Shown: in pieces, positions 44,733 to 53,453 of the stretch
How the letters are laid out: each line of letters begins with the position of its first letter
Position numbering within the stretch: the stretch's first letter is position 1
Assembly: GCA_964391765.1 (NCBI GenBank)
Contig: CAYMNG010000001.1
Span: 25,812-79,264 of the forward strand
DNA length: 53,453 nt
Direction: 5' to 3'
From: an uncultured Bifidobacteriaceae bacterium
Lineage (GTDB): Bacteria > Actinomycetota > Actinomycetes > S36-B12
Position numbers and translations under genes: made by a program
The notes under the pieces: generated by a model
Told to the model about the DNA's origin: nothing
Seen by the model: the letters and a program-made list of their open reading frames with translations, nothing else
The model's database searches: none

Positions 44733-46064
44733 GTGCCCACCGCGCGCCTGACCGCCACCGTCCTCGCCGGATCGCTGCTCCTCCTCGCCGCGTGCGGGTC
44801 ACCGTCGCCCGACGCGCCGACGACGACGTCGCCGGCCCCGTCGTCGGTCCCGTCCTCGGCCAGCGCGAGCCCGACGGTCGAACCGACGCCCGAACCGTCC
44901 GCCGCGGGTCCGACGACGACGGTCGCCGCGACGACCGTCGGCATGCACGTCGCCGGGGTCCAGGACGGCGCGTGGCCCGATCGCAACGTCCCGTTCGGCG
45001 CGCTGCGGCTGTGGGACTCGGGCACCGCGTGGTCCCAGGTCGAATCGACGAAGGGCACCTACAACTGGACTCTGCTCGACCGCGCGGTGAAGAACGCCGA
45101 GGCGCACAAGGTGAAGAACGTCCTGCTGGTCCTCGGCTCCACGCCGACGTGGAACGCGCGCAAGGTGAAGCCCACCGACTACCCCGTCCCCGGCGCGGCG
45201 TCCGCACCCAAGGACGTCACCGCGTGGGACGACTTCGTCCGCGCCGTCGCGACCCGGTACAAGGGCCGGATCCAGGCGTACCAGGTCTGGAACGAGGCGA
45301 GCTTGGGGATGTTCTGGAACGGGTCGCCAGAACTCATGGCCGACCTCACCAAGCGCGCGTACGACATCGTGAAGCAGGTCGATCCGAAGGCCACGGTGGT
45401 CGCGGCGAGCACGACGGTGCGACTGGACGGGGCGTTCACCCGCTTCTTCGGCCGGTACCTGGCGGCCCTGGGCGACCAGGGTTGGCCGGTCGACGTGTTC
45501 GCCGCGCACATGTACCCCAACAGTCGCGGGGACACCGATGTCCGCCGGTCGTACATCGGTGCGGTGCACGACGCCCTCGCCGCCGCCGGCGCCCCGGACC
45601 GGCCGGTGTGGGACACCGAGTTGAACTACGGCCTCGCCGGTCCGGGTCCGACGAACCCCCATCAGGTCATCGCCGGGGCCAAGGCCCGCGACTGGGTCGT
45701 GCAGACGATGTTCGACTCCCTCGCCGGCGGGATCGCCCGGACGTACTGGTACATCTGGACCCCACAGGCCTACCCGCTGCTCGGCCTCCAACTGACGAAC
45801 GGGTCCGGTGGAGCGGCCGGGCTGCGGGTGTTCGAGCAGTGGGCGGTGGGTGCGTCGACCACCGGCTGCGTCGAGCAGGTTGACGTCGTTCAGTGCCCGT
45901 TCGACCGGGCCGGCGCGACGTCGATCGTCGTGTGGGCGCAGGCCGGCAGCCCCACGCTGACACCCCCGGACGGATTCACGCAGGTGTGCACTACCGCGAA
46001 CCGTTGCACGCCGATCACGGGCCCGGTCACGCTCTCGGCGACGCCGGTGCGTCTGGTCCCGTAG
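44733..46064 (+). CDS. lipoprotein, clan GH-A-like glycoside hydrolase
   Basis: 443 aa with lipobox LLLAACG and a Pro/Ser/Thr linker. YQVWNEASL (acid/base NE) and VWDTELNYG (nucleophile E) are spaced as in (beta/alpha)8 glycosidases. Confidence 0.6.
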   Translation: MPTARLTATVLAGSLLLLAACGSPSPDAPTTTSPAPSSVPSSASASPTVEPTPEPSAAGPTTTVAATTVGMHVAGVQDGAWPDRNVPFGALRLWDSGTAWSQVESTKGTYNWTLLDRAVKNAEAHKVKNVLLVLGSTPTWNARKVKPTDYPVPGAASAPKDVTAWDDFVRAVATRYKGRIQAYQVWNEASLGMFWNGSPELMADLTKRAYDIVKQVDPKATVVAASTTVRLDGAFTRFFGRYLAALGDQGWPVDVFAAHMYPNSRGDTDVRRSYIGAVHDALAAAGAPDRPVWDTELNYGLAGPGPTNPHQVIAGAKARDWVVQTMFDSLAGGIARTYWYIWTPQAYPLLGLQLTNGSGGAAGLRVFEQWAVGASTTGCVEQVDVVQCPFDRAGATSIVVWAQAGSPTLTPPDGFTQVCTTANRCTPITGPVTLSATPVRLVP

Positions 46065-46139
46065 ACCGTCGTCGCGCGGCTGCCACCACCTCGGCCTCGG
46101 TGCCGACCGCCGGGGTCCAGATGGTAGGTTCTTCCCCGC

Positions 46140-46211
<72 letters not shown>

Positions 46212-46212
46212 C

Positions 46213-46350
46213 CCGGGCAGGGCTACTGACCTGCGGCTGCTTCTCGAACAGATCAGGCCAAGCGGCGTGGCCGAGGCCGAGCCACCGGTGAGTTTCGTGC
46301 TCACGGGTGGCACCAGCCTGAGGCGGGCCTTCGGGATCGTTGACCGGTTC
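46213..46350 (+). pseudogene. remnant of an AbiEii/AbiGii-type nucleotidyltransferase toxin gene (N-terminal fragment only)
   Basis: The in-frame translation starting directly after the tRNA reads ...LRLLLEQIRPSGVAEAEPPVSFVLTGGTSLRRAFGIVDRF. This resembles the FxLKGGTxL...RFSEDxD N-terminus of AbiEii from memory. The SEDxD catalytic continuation is missing, and there is no start codon or partner antitoxin. Confidence 0.35.
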
Positions 46351-46412
46351 GTCCTCCCGCGAGCTGGTGACCAAGGTCGGCCTCGCCGACCACGGCATCA
46401 CCGTGCCGAAGT

Positions 46413-46473
46413 GCCGGTGTTGAGGTTTGACCCGGTCCGCGGCCAGGGAACCGAGTCAAACCTCAACACCGGC
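46413..46473. repeat. 19-bp perfect inverted repeat with a 23-nt spacer
   Basis: GCCGGTGTTGAGGTTTGAC (46413-46431) and GTCAAACCTCAACACCGGC (46455-46473). It lies in the non-coding stretch between the AbiEii remnant and the VOC gene. Confidence 0.8.
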
Positions 46474-46536
46474 GACGAACCGGTCGCGCCGCTGCAGGTC
46501 GATGATTCTGCCGATGGGCGCGTGCGATCATTCGCC

Positions 46537-46911
46537 ATGACGATTCCCGTTTCCATCGCCGTCGCGATGTTCACCGTCACCGACCAGGACGAGGCCGTCG
46601 CCTTCTACACCGACCGGCTCGGCTGGGAGGTCCGCTCGGACGTGACCTGGGGGCACGGCGACGGTGCCGGCCGATGGGTCGAGGTCGCCCCACCGGGATC
46701 GACGGCGCGCCTGGCGCTCAACCCGCCGATGGGCGGGCAGCCCGGCGGCGGGTCGATCGGCGTCGCCGCCGCCGACCTCGACGCCGAGCGGGAGCGCCTG
46801 CGGGCCGCCGGCATCGAGCCGACCAACGAGATGCCCGGCGGCGGTCCGGTCCCGGCGATGTTCGCCATCCACGACCCCGACGAGAACTGGATCTGGGTCG
46901 TCGCGCGTTGA
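46537..46911 (+). CDS. VOC/glyoxalase-family protein
   Basis: ORF 46267..46911, trimmed to the ATG at 46537. FTVTDQDEAVAFYTDRLGWEV... and FAIHDPDENWIWV are present. Length is 124 aa. Confidence 0.75.
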   Translation: MTIPVSIAVAMFTVTDQDEAVAFYTDRLGWEVRSDVTWGHGDGAGRWVEVAPPGSTARLALNPPMGGQPGGGSIGVAAADLDAERERLRAAGIEPTNEMPGGGPVPAMFAIHDPDENWIWVVAR

Positions 46912-46916
46912 CCACG

Positions 46917-48059
46917 ATGACCGAGTCCGACCGGGATCGATTGCCCGTGTCGTGGTTCGAGTTGTTCTACGACCTCGTCGTCGTCGCCGGCCTCGTCGGC
47001 ATCAACGGCTCGTTCCTCACCGATCCCGACCCACGGATGGCCGCGACCGCCACGTCGGCCACCGCCGCCCTGTACGTCGCGTGGCTGCTGACGACCCTGG
47101 TCAACAACCGCTTCCCCGACACCGACGCCACTCGCCGCGTGCTCATGCTGTGCCAGATGGCGTGCGTCGTCGTCGCCGCACTCGCCGTCGACCAGCGCGA
47201 GGGCCTGCGAGGTGTGCACGGCCTGATCGCGTTCGCGGTCGCACTGCTCACCGTCGGCGCGATGATCGTCCATGCGACCCGCGGCGCCCGGCCGATGACG
47301 CGGGCGGATCGGATCGCCACCGTCGCGGTGAGCGCCGGCGCGGTACTCGCGGTCGTGGCGACCGCGTGGTCCCCGCAGTGGCTGTGGGCCGGGCTGCTCG
47401 CCGCCTCGGAGGTCGCCGCCGTGCCGATCGTCATCGCCTGGCGCGACGTCGGCCTCGAACCCCGACATCTCGGCGAACGGATGGGGCTGCTCGTCCTCAT
47501 GGTCCTCGGCCTGGGCTTCGGCCAGCTCGTCGTCGACCTGTCCGGGGCGGACACGATCCCCGACGTGCGCTTCTTCGTCCTGATGTTCGTCCTGATGTTC
47601 GTCGTGTGGTGGCTGTACTTCGGTCTGGACCTCACCGAGGACTCGACCTGGGTCGGTCGGCCGTCGTGGTACCTGGCCCACTTCCTGCTGGTGGTCGGCA
47701 TCGCCGGAATCGGCGACGTCATGGCCGCGCTCAGTGCCTCCCAGTCGCGTGGACCACTGGTCGACGGCGCCGCGTACCTCGGCCTCACCGTCGCCGCGCT
47801 GCTGTTGGGCATCGCTGCTCTGGTGCGAGCACACGACCGCCTCGGCCGCATGGGCGTCGGCGTGCTGGTCGGGACCGCGATCGCCGTCGTCGTCTACGAC
47901 GCCGTCGCCGACGTCACCGACGCGCACGACCTGCGGCTGGCCGCGCTGATCAGCACGGTCGCGGTGACCGTCGCCGCCCTCGCACTGGCCACCGTGCGGC
48001 GGCGCCGAGACGCTTCTGATCTCGAAACGACATCTCGAAATACAAGACAAGTGCCCTAG
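46917..48059 (+). CDS. LtrA-family (low temperature requirement A) membrane protein
   Basis: Same frame as ORF 46674..48059, from the ATG at 46917. It has the WFELFYDLVVV signature and about 10 TM helices. Confidence 0.75.
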   Translation: MTESDRDRLPVSWFELFYDLVVVAGLVGINGSFLTDPDPRMAATATSATAALYVAWLLTTLVNNRFPDTDATRRVLMLCQMACVVVAALAVDQREGLRGVHGLIAFAVALLTVGAMIVHATRGARPMTRADRIATVAVSAGAVLAVVATAWSPQWLWAGLLAASEVAAVPIVIAWRDVGLEPRHLGERMGLLVLMVLGLGFGQLVVDLSGADTIPDVRFFVLMFVLMFVVWWLYFGLDLTEDSTWVGRPSWYLAHFLLVVGIAGIGDVMAALSASQSRGPLVDGAAYLGLTVAALLLGIAALVRAHDRLGRMGVGVLVGTAIAVVVYDAVADVTDAHDLRLAALISTVAVTVAALALATVRRRRDASDLETTSRNTRQVP

Positions 48060-48083
48060 TCCTGCCTAGGCTGCCCGGATCCA

Positions 48084-48105
48084 CACCGGGACGTTGGTCC
48101 CGGTG
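48084..48105 (+). terminator. hairpin between ltrA and phoX
   Basis: CACCGGGAC-GTTG-GTCCCGGTG, a 9-bp stem 25 nt after the ltrA stop. No clear U tract follows. Confidence 0.3.
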
Positions 48106-48130
48106 GTACTCGCCACCTGGAGGAGGAACC

Positions 48131-49729
48131 ATGAGCGAGCACCTGACCCGGCGGGGCTTCCTGGGCCGGTCCGCGGCCGTCGCCGGCACGACGGTCGTCG
48201 CCGTCGGCCTCGCCGATCTGCTCACGAACACCGCAACCGCCGCAGCCGTCGACCCCGACCAGCGCGCTCGTGGCCGGCTGCGCGCCGGCGCGTCACCGTA
48301 CGGGGCGTTGCGTCCCACCGCGGACCAGTCCGGCACCGCCTGGCTCGCGCTACCGGCCGGATTCCGCTACGTGACGTTCAGCCACACCGGCACGCCGATG
48401 TCCGACGGGACGTTGACCCCGCAGAACCACGACGGAATGCGGGCCTTCCGCGCGATCGGCAAGAACGGCGGCCACGTCGTGCGACTCGTGCGCAACCACG
48501 AGATCACCGCGAGCAAGCCGTCGGCGAACGTGCCGTTCCCGGTGACCGGACCGGAGGACGTCCGGTACGACGCGCTCGCCAAGGGCGGCACGGTCACCGT
48601 CGACTTCGACCTGCGCACCGGCCGCGTACTACGCGACCACGTCAGCAGCGCCGGCACGCTGTACAACTGCAGCGGCGGCGTCGGCCTCGACGGCCGGACC
48701 TGGCTGACGTGCGAGGAGACGACGCACGGCAAGAACCGCGGCTACGCCCAGGACCACGGGTACGTCTTCCAGGTGCCGGTGAGCACGCCCGATGGCCTGC
48801 CCCGCAAGGGCGAGCCGATACGGGCGATGGGCCGGTTCAATCACGAGGCCGTCGTGGCCGACCCGCGCACGGGGATCCACTACCTCACCGAGGACCGGTT
48901 CGGGTCGGCGTGCGGGTTCTACCGGTTCGTCCCGAACAACCCGCGGAACCTGATCGAGGGCGGCACGTTGCAGATGCTCGCGATCGCCGGCCAGGACCAC
49001 TACGACACGCGCAAGGGCCAGCGCGTCGACCGCGAACTGCCCGTGCGGTGGGTCACGATCCCCGAGCCGGACGCCGGGTTCGACGACACCGGCGACTTCA
49101 CTAAGACCCCCTACCGGATGGCCCTGGGCAAGGTCAGCGGCCAGGGGTTCGCCGGCGGCGCCGCCGCGTTCGACCGGCTCGAGGGCGCGATCTGGTCGGG
49201 CAGCTCGGTGTTCTTCACCTCGACCAGCGGCGGCGACGTCCCGCAGAACGCGCCCAACGCGTTCCTCGACGAGTTCAGCGGCGCCGAGTACGTGCCCGGG
49301 TACGGCCAGGTATGGGAGTACCGGCCCGGACGTCGCGGCGGGGGGACGCTCCGGCTGGCGTACGAGTCCCCCGGCAACACGGTCCTGGACTCCCCCGACG
49401 GAGTGACGATGACACCGCGCGGCGGGCTGCTGTTGTGCGAGGACGACACGGCGTGGACCGACGGTGACACCCACCCGCTCGCGCCGGGGATCATCAACCC
49501 CAACCGCCTGGTCGGGCTCGGGCCGAACGGACGCGCCTTCGACTTCGCGGTGCAGATCGTCCCGCTGACCCCGAACGCCGAGAAGGGCGGGTCGACGAGC
49601 AACGAGTTCGCCGGCGCGACGTTCAGCCCGGACGGGTCGACGCTGTTCGTCAACCTCTACGGCAACGGCGAGGCGGGTACCGGGATGACCGCGGCGATCA
49701 CCGGCCCCTGGCGGCGCGGACCGCTGTAG
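48131..49729 (+). CDS. phoX: Tat-exported PhoX-type alkaline phosphatase (DUF839)
   Basis: 532 aa after GGAGGAGG. It has a twin-arginine signal TRRGFLGRSAAVAG, plus HDGMRAF, CSGG, EET and NHEA blocks consistent with a PhoX beta-propeller. Confidence 0.8.
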   Translation: MSEHLTRRGFLGRSAAVAGTTVVAVGLADLLTNTATAAAVDPDQRARGRLRAGASPYGALRPTADQSGTAWLALPAGFRYVTFSHTGTPMSDGTLTPQNHDGMRAFRAIGKNGGHVVRLVRNHEITASKPSANVPFPVTGPEDVRYDALAKGGTVTVDFDLRTGRVLRDHVSSAGTLYNCSGGVGLDGRTWLTCEETTHGKNRGYAQDHGYVFQVPVSTPDGLPRKGEPIRAMGRFNHEAVVADPRTGIHYLTEDRFGSACGFYRFVPNNPRNLIEGGTLQMLAIAGQDHYDTRKGQRVDRELPVRWVTIPEPDAGFDDTGDFTKTPYRMALGKVSGQGFAGGAAAFDRLEGAIWSGSSVFFTSTSGGDVPQNAPNAFLDEFSGAEYVPGYGQVWEYRPGRRGGGTLRLAYESPGNTVLDSPDGVTMTPRGGLLLCEDDTAWTDGDTHPLAPGIINPNRLVGLGPNGRAFDFAVQIVPLTPNAEKGGSTSNEFAGATFSPDGSTLFVNLYGNGEAGTGMTAAITGPWRRGPL

Positions 49730-49746
49730 TCCCGCGGCCGCGCGCG

Positions 49747-49788
49747 CCTCGGGCACCGGCGACTACAGATACAGCCCGGTGCCCGAGG
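49747..49788. terminator. 13-bp inverted repeat between convergent phoX and the GroES-like gene
   Basis: CCTCGGGCACCGG (49747-49759) and CCGGTGCCCGAGG (49776-49788). The right arm overlaps the last codons of the minus-strand gene. Confidence 0.3.
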
Positions 49789-50134
49789 TGCTGTGCCGGC
49801 TCGCGGCGACCGCGTGCACGTCGCGCTCGCGCAACAGCACGTAGTCGATGCCCTGCAGTTCGACCTGACCGCGGTCCTCGGGCTCGAACAGGACCCGGTC
49901 GCCGACCTCCACGCTGCGCACGTTAGGCCCGACCGCGACGACGCGCGCCCACGACAGGCGCCGGCCGACCTGCGCGGTCGCCGGGATGACGATGCCGCCC
50001 ATCGAACGCCGCTCGCGTCCGTCGGCGTCCTCACGGACGAGCACGCGATCGTGCAGCAACCGGATCGGGACGGAACCGTCCGGCCGGGGCGTGGTGTCCG
50101 GACTCGCGGCCGGGTCGGTGTCGGTCGTCGGCAT
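49763..50134 (-). CDS. GroES/Cpn10-family protein with an N-terminal Pro/Thr/Asp-rich extension
   Basis: 123 aa. IRLLHDRVLVRE...GGIVIPATA...ARVVAVGPNVRSVEVGDRVLFEPED...YVLLRERDVHAV matches the Cpn10 fold pattern. No groEL is adjacent. Confidence 0.7.
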   Translation of the reverse strand: MPTTDTDPAASPDTTPRPDGSVPIRLLHDRVLVREDADGRERRSMGGIVIPATAQVGRRLSWARVVAVGPNVRSVEVGDRVLFEPEDRGQVELQGIDYVLLRERDVHAVAASRHSTSGTGLYL

Positions 50135-50138
50135 CGGG

Positions 50139-50405
50139 CTAGCGCCTGCGCAGGACGCGGCGGACGACGACGAACCCGACGACGACGCCGACCGCGATCA
50201 CGACCCGCTCGGGTCGGACACCGCCGTACTCGTCGGTGAACCACCCCAGGGCCGATCGGCCGGCCCGCTTCGCCAGGGCCGGCGGGGTCGTCGCGGCTCG
50301 CAGTTCGCCCAGCGACGCGACCAGGTCTGCGCGGGCGGCGGCGATCTCGGCCTGCAGGGCGCCCGGACTCGCGGCCGTGGGCGGCGCTAGGGCAGCGTCG
50401 GTCAT
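50139..50405 (-). CDS. small membrane-anchored protein (DUF3618-like)
   Basis: This is the C-terminal 88 codons of ORF 50139..50651, from the ATG at 50405. It has a coiled N-terminus (LQAEIAAARADLVASLGELR) and a C-terminal TM helix plus RRVLRRR. Confidence 0.5.
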   Translation of the reverse strand: MTDAALAPPTAASPGALQAEIAAARADLVASLGELRAATTPPALAKRAGRSALGWFTDEYGGVRPERVVIAVGVVVGFVVVRRVLRRR

Positions 50406-50503
50406 AGCCGCACACCCTACGCGACCGGGCCGATTCGTCCTCGGTCGCCGTGGCCGTCCGGCAAGATGGTTCCGCCCGCACCCGACAGCCGACTGGAGGA
50501 TCC

Positions 50504-50971
50504 ATGCGCCTGGCCCCCGGTGATCCCGCCCCCGACTTCGACCTCGAGGACCAGTCCGGCGACCGCGTCCGACTCGCCGACCTGCGCGGGCAGCGCGTCG
50601 TCCTGTACGCCTACCCGGCCGCGATGACGCCGGGGTGCACCACTCAGGCATGCGACTTCCGCGACAATCTCGCGGCCTTCACCGGCGACGGGTACACCGT
50701 GCTCGGCCTGAGCCCGGACAAGCCCGCGAAGCTCACGAAGTTCGCCGAGCGGGACGCGCTGCCGTTCCGCCTGCTGTCCGACCCCGACAAGACCGTCCTC
50801 GCCGAGTACGGCGCCTTCGGCGAGAAGAAGCTGTACGGCAAGGTCGTCACCGGTGTCATCCGGTCGACGTTCGTCATCGACCCCGACGGGCGGATCGAGC
50901 ACGCGTTCTACAACGTCAAGGCGACCGGCCACGTCGCCAAGCTCATGCGTGACCTCGGGGTAGGGGCGTGA
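50504..50971 (+). CDS. bcp: thiol peroxidase Bcp (peroxiredoxin)
   Basis: ORF 50450..50971, trimmed to the ATG at 50504 after GGAGGA. APDFDLEDQ...VVLYAYPAAMTPGCTTQAC...RSTFVIDPDG is present. Confidence 0.9.
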   Translation: MRLAPGDPAPDFDLEDQSGDRVRLADLRGQRVVLYAYPAAMTPGCTTQACDFRDNLAAFTGDGYTVLGLSPDKPAKLTKFAERDALPFRLLSDPDKTVLAEYGAFGEKKLYGKVVTGVIRSTFVIDPDGRIEHAFYNVKATGHVAKLMRDLGVGA

Positions 50972-51837
50972 GGGCACCGGTCGACGTCGTCGAAGCCGGC
51001 CTCGTCGACGCCGACGCGGTCGAGCGGTACCGCGCGGACGGCTGCGTCGTCGTGCGCGGCCTGTTCGATCCCGACGAGGTCGAGACGCTGCGCACCGGGA
51101 TCGAGCGCAACCTCGCCGACCCCGGGCCGCTCTTCGCGGTCGCCAGCCGGGCCGACGACCCCGGCCGGTTCGTCGAGGACTTCTGCAACTGGCAGCGGAT
51201 CGAGGAGTTCGGACGGATCGCGTTCGACTCCCGGGCGGCCGACGTCGCGGCGGCGCTCATGGGTGGGCGGACGGTTCGGCTGTACCACGACCACCTGCTG
51301 GTCAAGGAGCCGGGCACGCGCCAGCCGACGCCGTGGCACCAGGACCAGCCGTACTACAACGTGGACGGGTTCGACAACGTCTCGATGTGGGCGCCGGTCG
51401 ACCCCGTCGCCGCGGAGTCGACCTTGGAGTTCTGGGCCGGCTCGCACCGCGCCGGCTGGCTGATGCCGCGCACGTTCCTCAGCGAGCAGGCCCGGTGGTT
51501 CCCCGAGGGATCGCTCGGCGAGATCCCCGACATCGAGGCCGACCGCGCCGCGTACGACATCCGCGCCTGGCCGATCGAACCCGGGGACGCCGTGTTCTTC
51601 CACATGCTCACCGCGCACCACGCCTACGGCGTGCCCGGGACCGCACGACGCCGGGTCTTCTCGCTGCGGTTCCTCGGCGACGACGCCACCCACGCGCCCC
51701 GCACGTGGCGCACGTCGCCGCCGTTCGAGACACTGGCCGACGAACTGCCGGCCGGCGCCGCGATGGACCACCCGCTGTTCCCGGTGCTGCGCCGGGCACC
51801 GGGGGAACCGCCGGCTACCCCGCGTCGATCTGCATGA
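50968..51837 (+). CDS. phytanoyl-CoA dioxygenase (PhyH) family Fe(II)/2-oxoglutarate oxygenase
   Basis: 289 aa; the GTG overlaps the bcp TGA. A WHQDQPY (HxD) motif and a downstream FFHMLTAHHA region (distal His) are present. Confidence 0.8.
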   Translation: MRAPVDVVEAGLVDADAVERYRADGCVVVRGLFDPDEVETLRTGIERNLADPGPLFAVASRADDPGRFVEDFCNWQRIEEFGRIAFDSRAADVAAALMGGRTVRLYHDHLLVKEPGTRQPTPWHQDQPYYNVDGFDNVSMWAPVDPVAAESTLEFWAGSHRAGWLMPRTFLSEQARWFPEGSLGEIPDIEADRAAYDIRAWPIEPGDAVFFHMLTAHHAYGVPGTARRRVFSLRFLGDDATHAPRTWRTSPPFETLADELPAGAAMDHPLFPVLRRAPGEPPATPRRSA

Positions 51838-53251
51838 CGACGGCCTTCGGCTCGGTCATGAACTCGCGGCTGTAGTTGCCGCCCTCGCGGCCCATCCCGG
51901 AGTCGCCCACCCCGCCGAACGGGGCACGCAGGTCGCGGATGAAGAAGCAGTTGACCCAGACGGTTCCGGCGCGCAGCGCGGCCGCCATCCGGTGGGCGCG
52001 GGACAGGTTCTCGGTGAAGACCATCGCGTTCAGGCCGTACCGCGTGGCGTTCGCGAGCGCGAGCGCCTCGGCCTCGGTCTCGAACTTCGTCGCGACGACG
52101 ACCGGCCCGAAGATCTCCTCGCGGACGACGCGGGCGTCGGCCGGGGCACCGGTGATGATCGTCGGCCTGACCCCCCACCCCTCGGCGAGCCCGCCGGTGA
52201 TGACCTGGCCACCGCCCAGCGACGCCGGGTCCAGGTAGGACTGCACCTTGGTGAAGTGCTCCTTGCTCGCGAGCGCACCGGAGAACTGGGTCCCCTCGTC
52301 CTTGGGGTCGCCGACGACGAGTGCCTCCGCGGCCGACTTGTACCGGCGCACGAACTCGTCGTAGATCCCGGCCTGGACGTACAGCCGGGAGCCGGCCAAG
52401 CAGACCTGCCCGGCGTTGCGGAAGATCGACTCGATCGCCCAGTGGACGGCGTTGTCGAGGTCGGCGTCGTCGAAGACGATGTTCGCGCCCTTGCCGCCGA
52501 GTTCCAGGCTGACCGGGGTGAGGTTCGCCGCCGCGACGGCGGTGATGACCTTGCCCGTCCCGGACTCCCCGGTGAAGGTGATCCGGTCGACGTCGGGGTT
52601 GGTGGTCAGCGCCGCCCCCGCCGAGTCCGGCCCGTAGCCGTGGACGACGTTGAGGACGCCCGGCGGGAAGCCCGCCTCGATCGCCAGTCGGGCGACGAGG
52701 GTCATCGACACCGGCGTGTCCTCGGCGGGCTTTAGCACCACCGTGTTGCCCCAGGCCAGCGCCGGGGCGATCTTCCAGGTCGCGAGCATGATCGGGAAGT
52801 TCCACGGCGAGATCGCCGCGACGACGCCGGCCGGGTCGTAGCGGGTGTACGCATGATGTCCGGTGTCCATCGGCAGACACTCCGCGGCGGTGATCCGCGC
52901 GTGGTCGGCGAAGAACCGGAAGTTCCACACACTGCGTGCGACGTCGTGGCGCGCTTGCACGATCGGCTTGCCCATGTCGCGGGTGTCGGCCATCGCCAGT
53001 TCCTCGGCGTGCTCCTCCATCAGGTCGGCGAGCCGGTGGATGAGCGCGTGCCGCGCGTCGTAGCCCATGCGGGGCCACGGGCCGGTGTCGAACGCCCGCC
53101 GCGCCGCGGCGACCGCCCGATCGGCGTCCTCCTTGCCACCGCAGGCGATCGTCGCCCACACCTCGCGCGTGTACGGGTCGACGTCGTCCATCGTCGCACC
53201 GCCGATCGACGCGACCTCCTGACCGTCGATGACGTGCCCGTAGAACTCCAT
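51815..53251 (-). CDS. NAD(P)-dependent aldehyde dehydrogenase
   Basis: 478 aa with LELGGKG, catalytic Cys context GQVCLAGSRL and an EEIFGPV motif. An AAGGGGA ribosome-binding site precedes the start. Confidence 0.9.
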   Translation of the reverse strand: MEFYGHVIDGQEVASIGGATMDDVDPYTREVWATIACGGKEDADRAVAAARRAFDTGPWPRMGYDARHALIHRLADLMEEHAEELAMADTRDMGKPIVQARHDVARSVWNFRFFADHARITAAECLPMDTGHHAYTRYDPAGVVAAISPWNFPIMLATWKIAPALAWGNTVVLKPAEDTPVSMTLVARLAIEAGFPPGVLNVVHGYGPDSAGAALTTNPDVDRITFTGESGTGKVITAVAAANLTPVSLELGGKGANIVFDDADLDNAVHWAIESIFRNAGQVCLAGSRLYVQAGIYDEFVRRYKSAAEALVVGDPKDEGTQFSGALASKEHFTKVQSYLDPASLGGGQVITGGLAEGWGVRPTIITGAPADARVVREEIFGPVVVATKFETEAEALALANATRYGLNAMVFTENLSRAHRMAAALRAGTVWVNCFFIRDLRAPFGGVGDSGMGREGGNYSREFMTEPKAVVMQIDAG

Positions 53252-53280
53252 GGCCTGCTTCCCCTTCGGTCGGAATGCGG

Positions 53281-53453
53281 TTATCGGACGCCGACGCCGG
53301 CGAGATCGCCCAGATCGCGCTCCTGGGCGATCTGCAGCGCGATGTCGATGATCATGTCCTCCTGGCCGCCGACGTACCCGGCTTCGCCGCCCCGCTGGAG
53401 GATCTCGTGCGCCGGCACCCCGTAGCGGGCCGCCGCACGCTCGGCGTGCAGCA
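53281..53453 (-). CDS. partial CDS (C-terminal end only), unidentified, probably co-transcribed with the aldehyde dehydrogenase
   Basis: High third-position-GC frame ending ...[20 protein letters not shown] with TAA at 53283-53281. The N-terminus lies outside the window. Confidence 0.45.
   Translation of the reverse strand, partial: LHAERAAARYGVPAHEILQRGGEAGYVGGQEDMIIDIALQIAQERDLGDLAGVGVR

Overview
High-GC actinobacterial-type chromosomal window, densely coding, with many 4-nt ATGA/GTGA start-stop overlaps. All product calls rest on motif recognition in the translations; no database search was possible. Start codons are inferred from coupling overlaps, Shine-Dalgarno-like sequences and third-position GC. 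Order of content: (1) envelope genes (sulfatase-like protein, SAM methyltransferase), a lipoprotein and tesB. (2) A Gram-positive Tad/Flp pilus locus (flp, cpaB, cpaE/tadZ, cpaF/tadA, vWA-fused tadB, tadC, convergent prepilin peptidase) next to a membrane GGDEF-type protein. (3) USP, CBS, orn and tRNA-His with an adjacent RelE/YefM toxin-antitoxin pair. (4) ArsR plus a tandem SRPBCC protein, PAP2-SulP and a lipid kinase. (5) TetR plus a cluster of DUF membrane/stress genes. (6) kdpFABCDE, with an unlisted kdpF and an apparent frameshift at the kdpD C-terminus. (7) A complete minimal type II-C CRISPR-Cas9 locus: predicted tracrRNA, cas9, cas1, cas2, and 25 identical 36-bp repeats with 24 spacers. 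(8) Secreted proteins, a PAS histidine kinase with a receiver-only regulator, and a glycoside-hydrolase lipoprotein. (9) tRNA-Lys abutted by an AbiEii-like gene remnant. (10) VOC, LtrA, PhoX, a GroES-like protein, bcp, PhyH and an aldehyde dehydrogenase. The CRISPR locus is the most informative region. Anti-repeat polarity, a cUUCGg-capped hairpin at the cas2-proximal end and the GTT-first repeat orientation all indicate that crRNAs come from the minus strand, convergent with cas. A leader segment that mimics the tracrRNA anti-repeat and a TANNNT-type -10 box inside every repeat are testable regulatory hypotheses. I did not find convincing evidence for a wholly new multi-gene system. The candidates worth follow-up are the CRISPR RNA biology, the vWA-TadB fusion, the TetR-linked DUF cluster and the degraded island at tRNA-Lys. 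Many long ORFs in the six-frame track are antisense or out-of-frame Arg/Pro/Gly-rich artefacts of high GC content.
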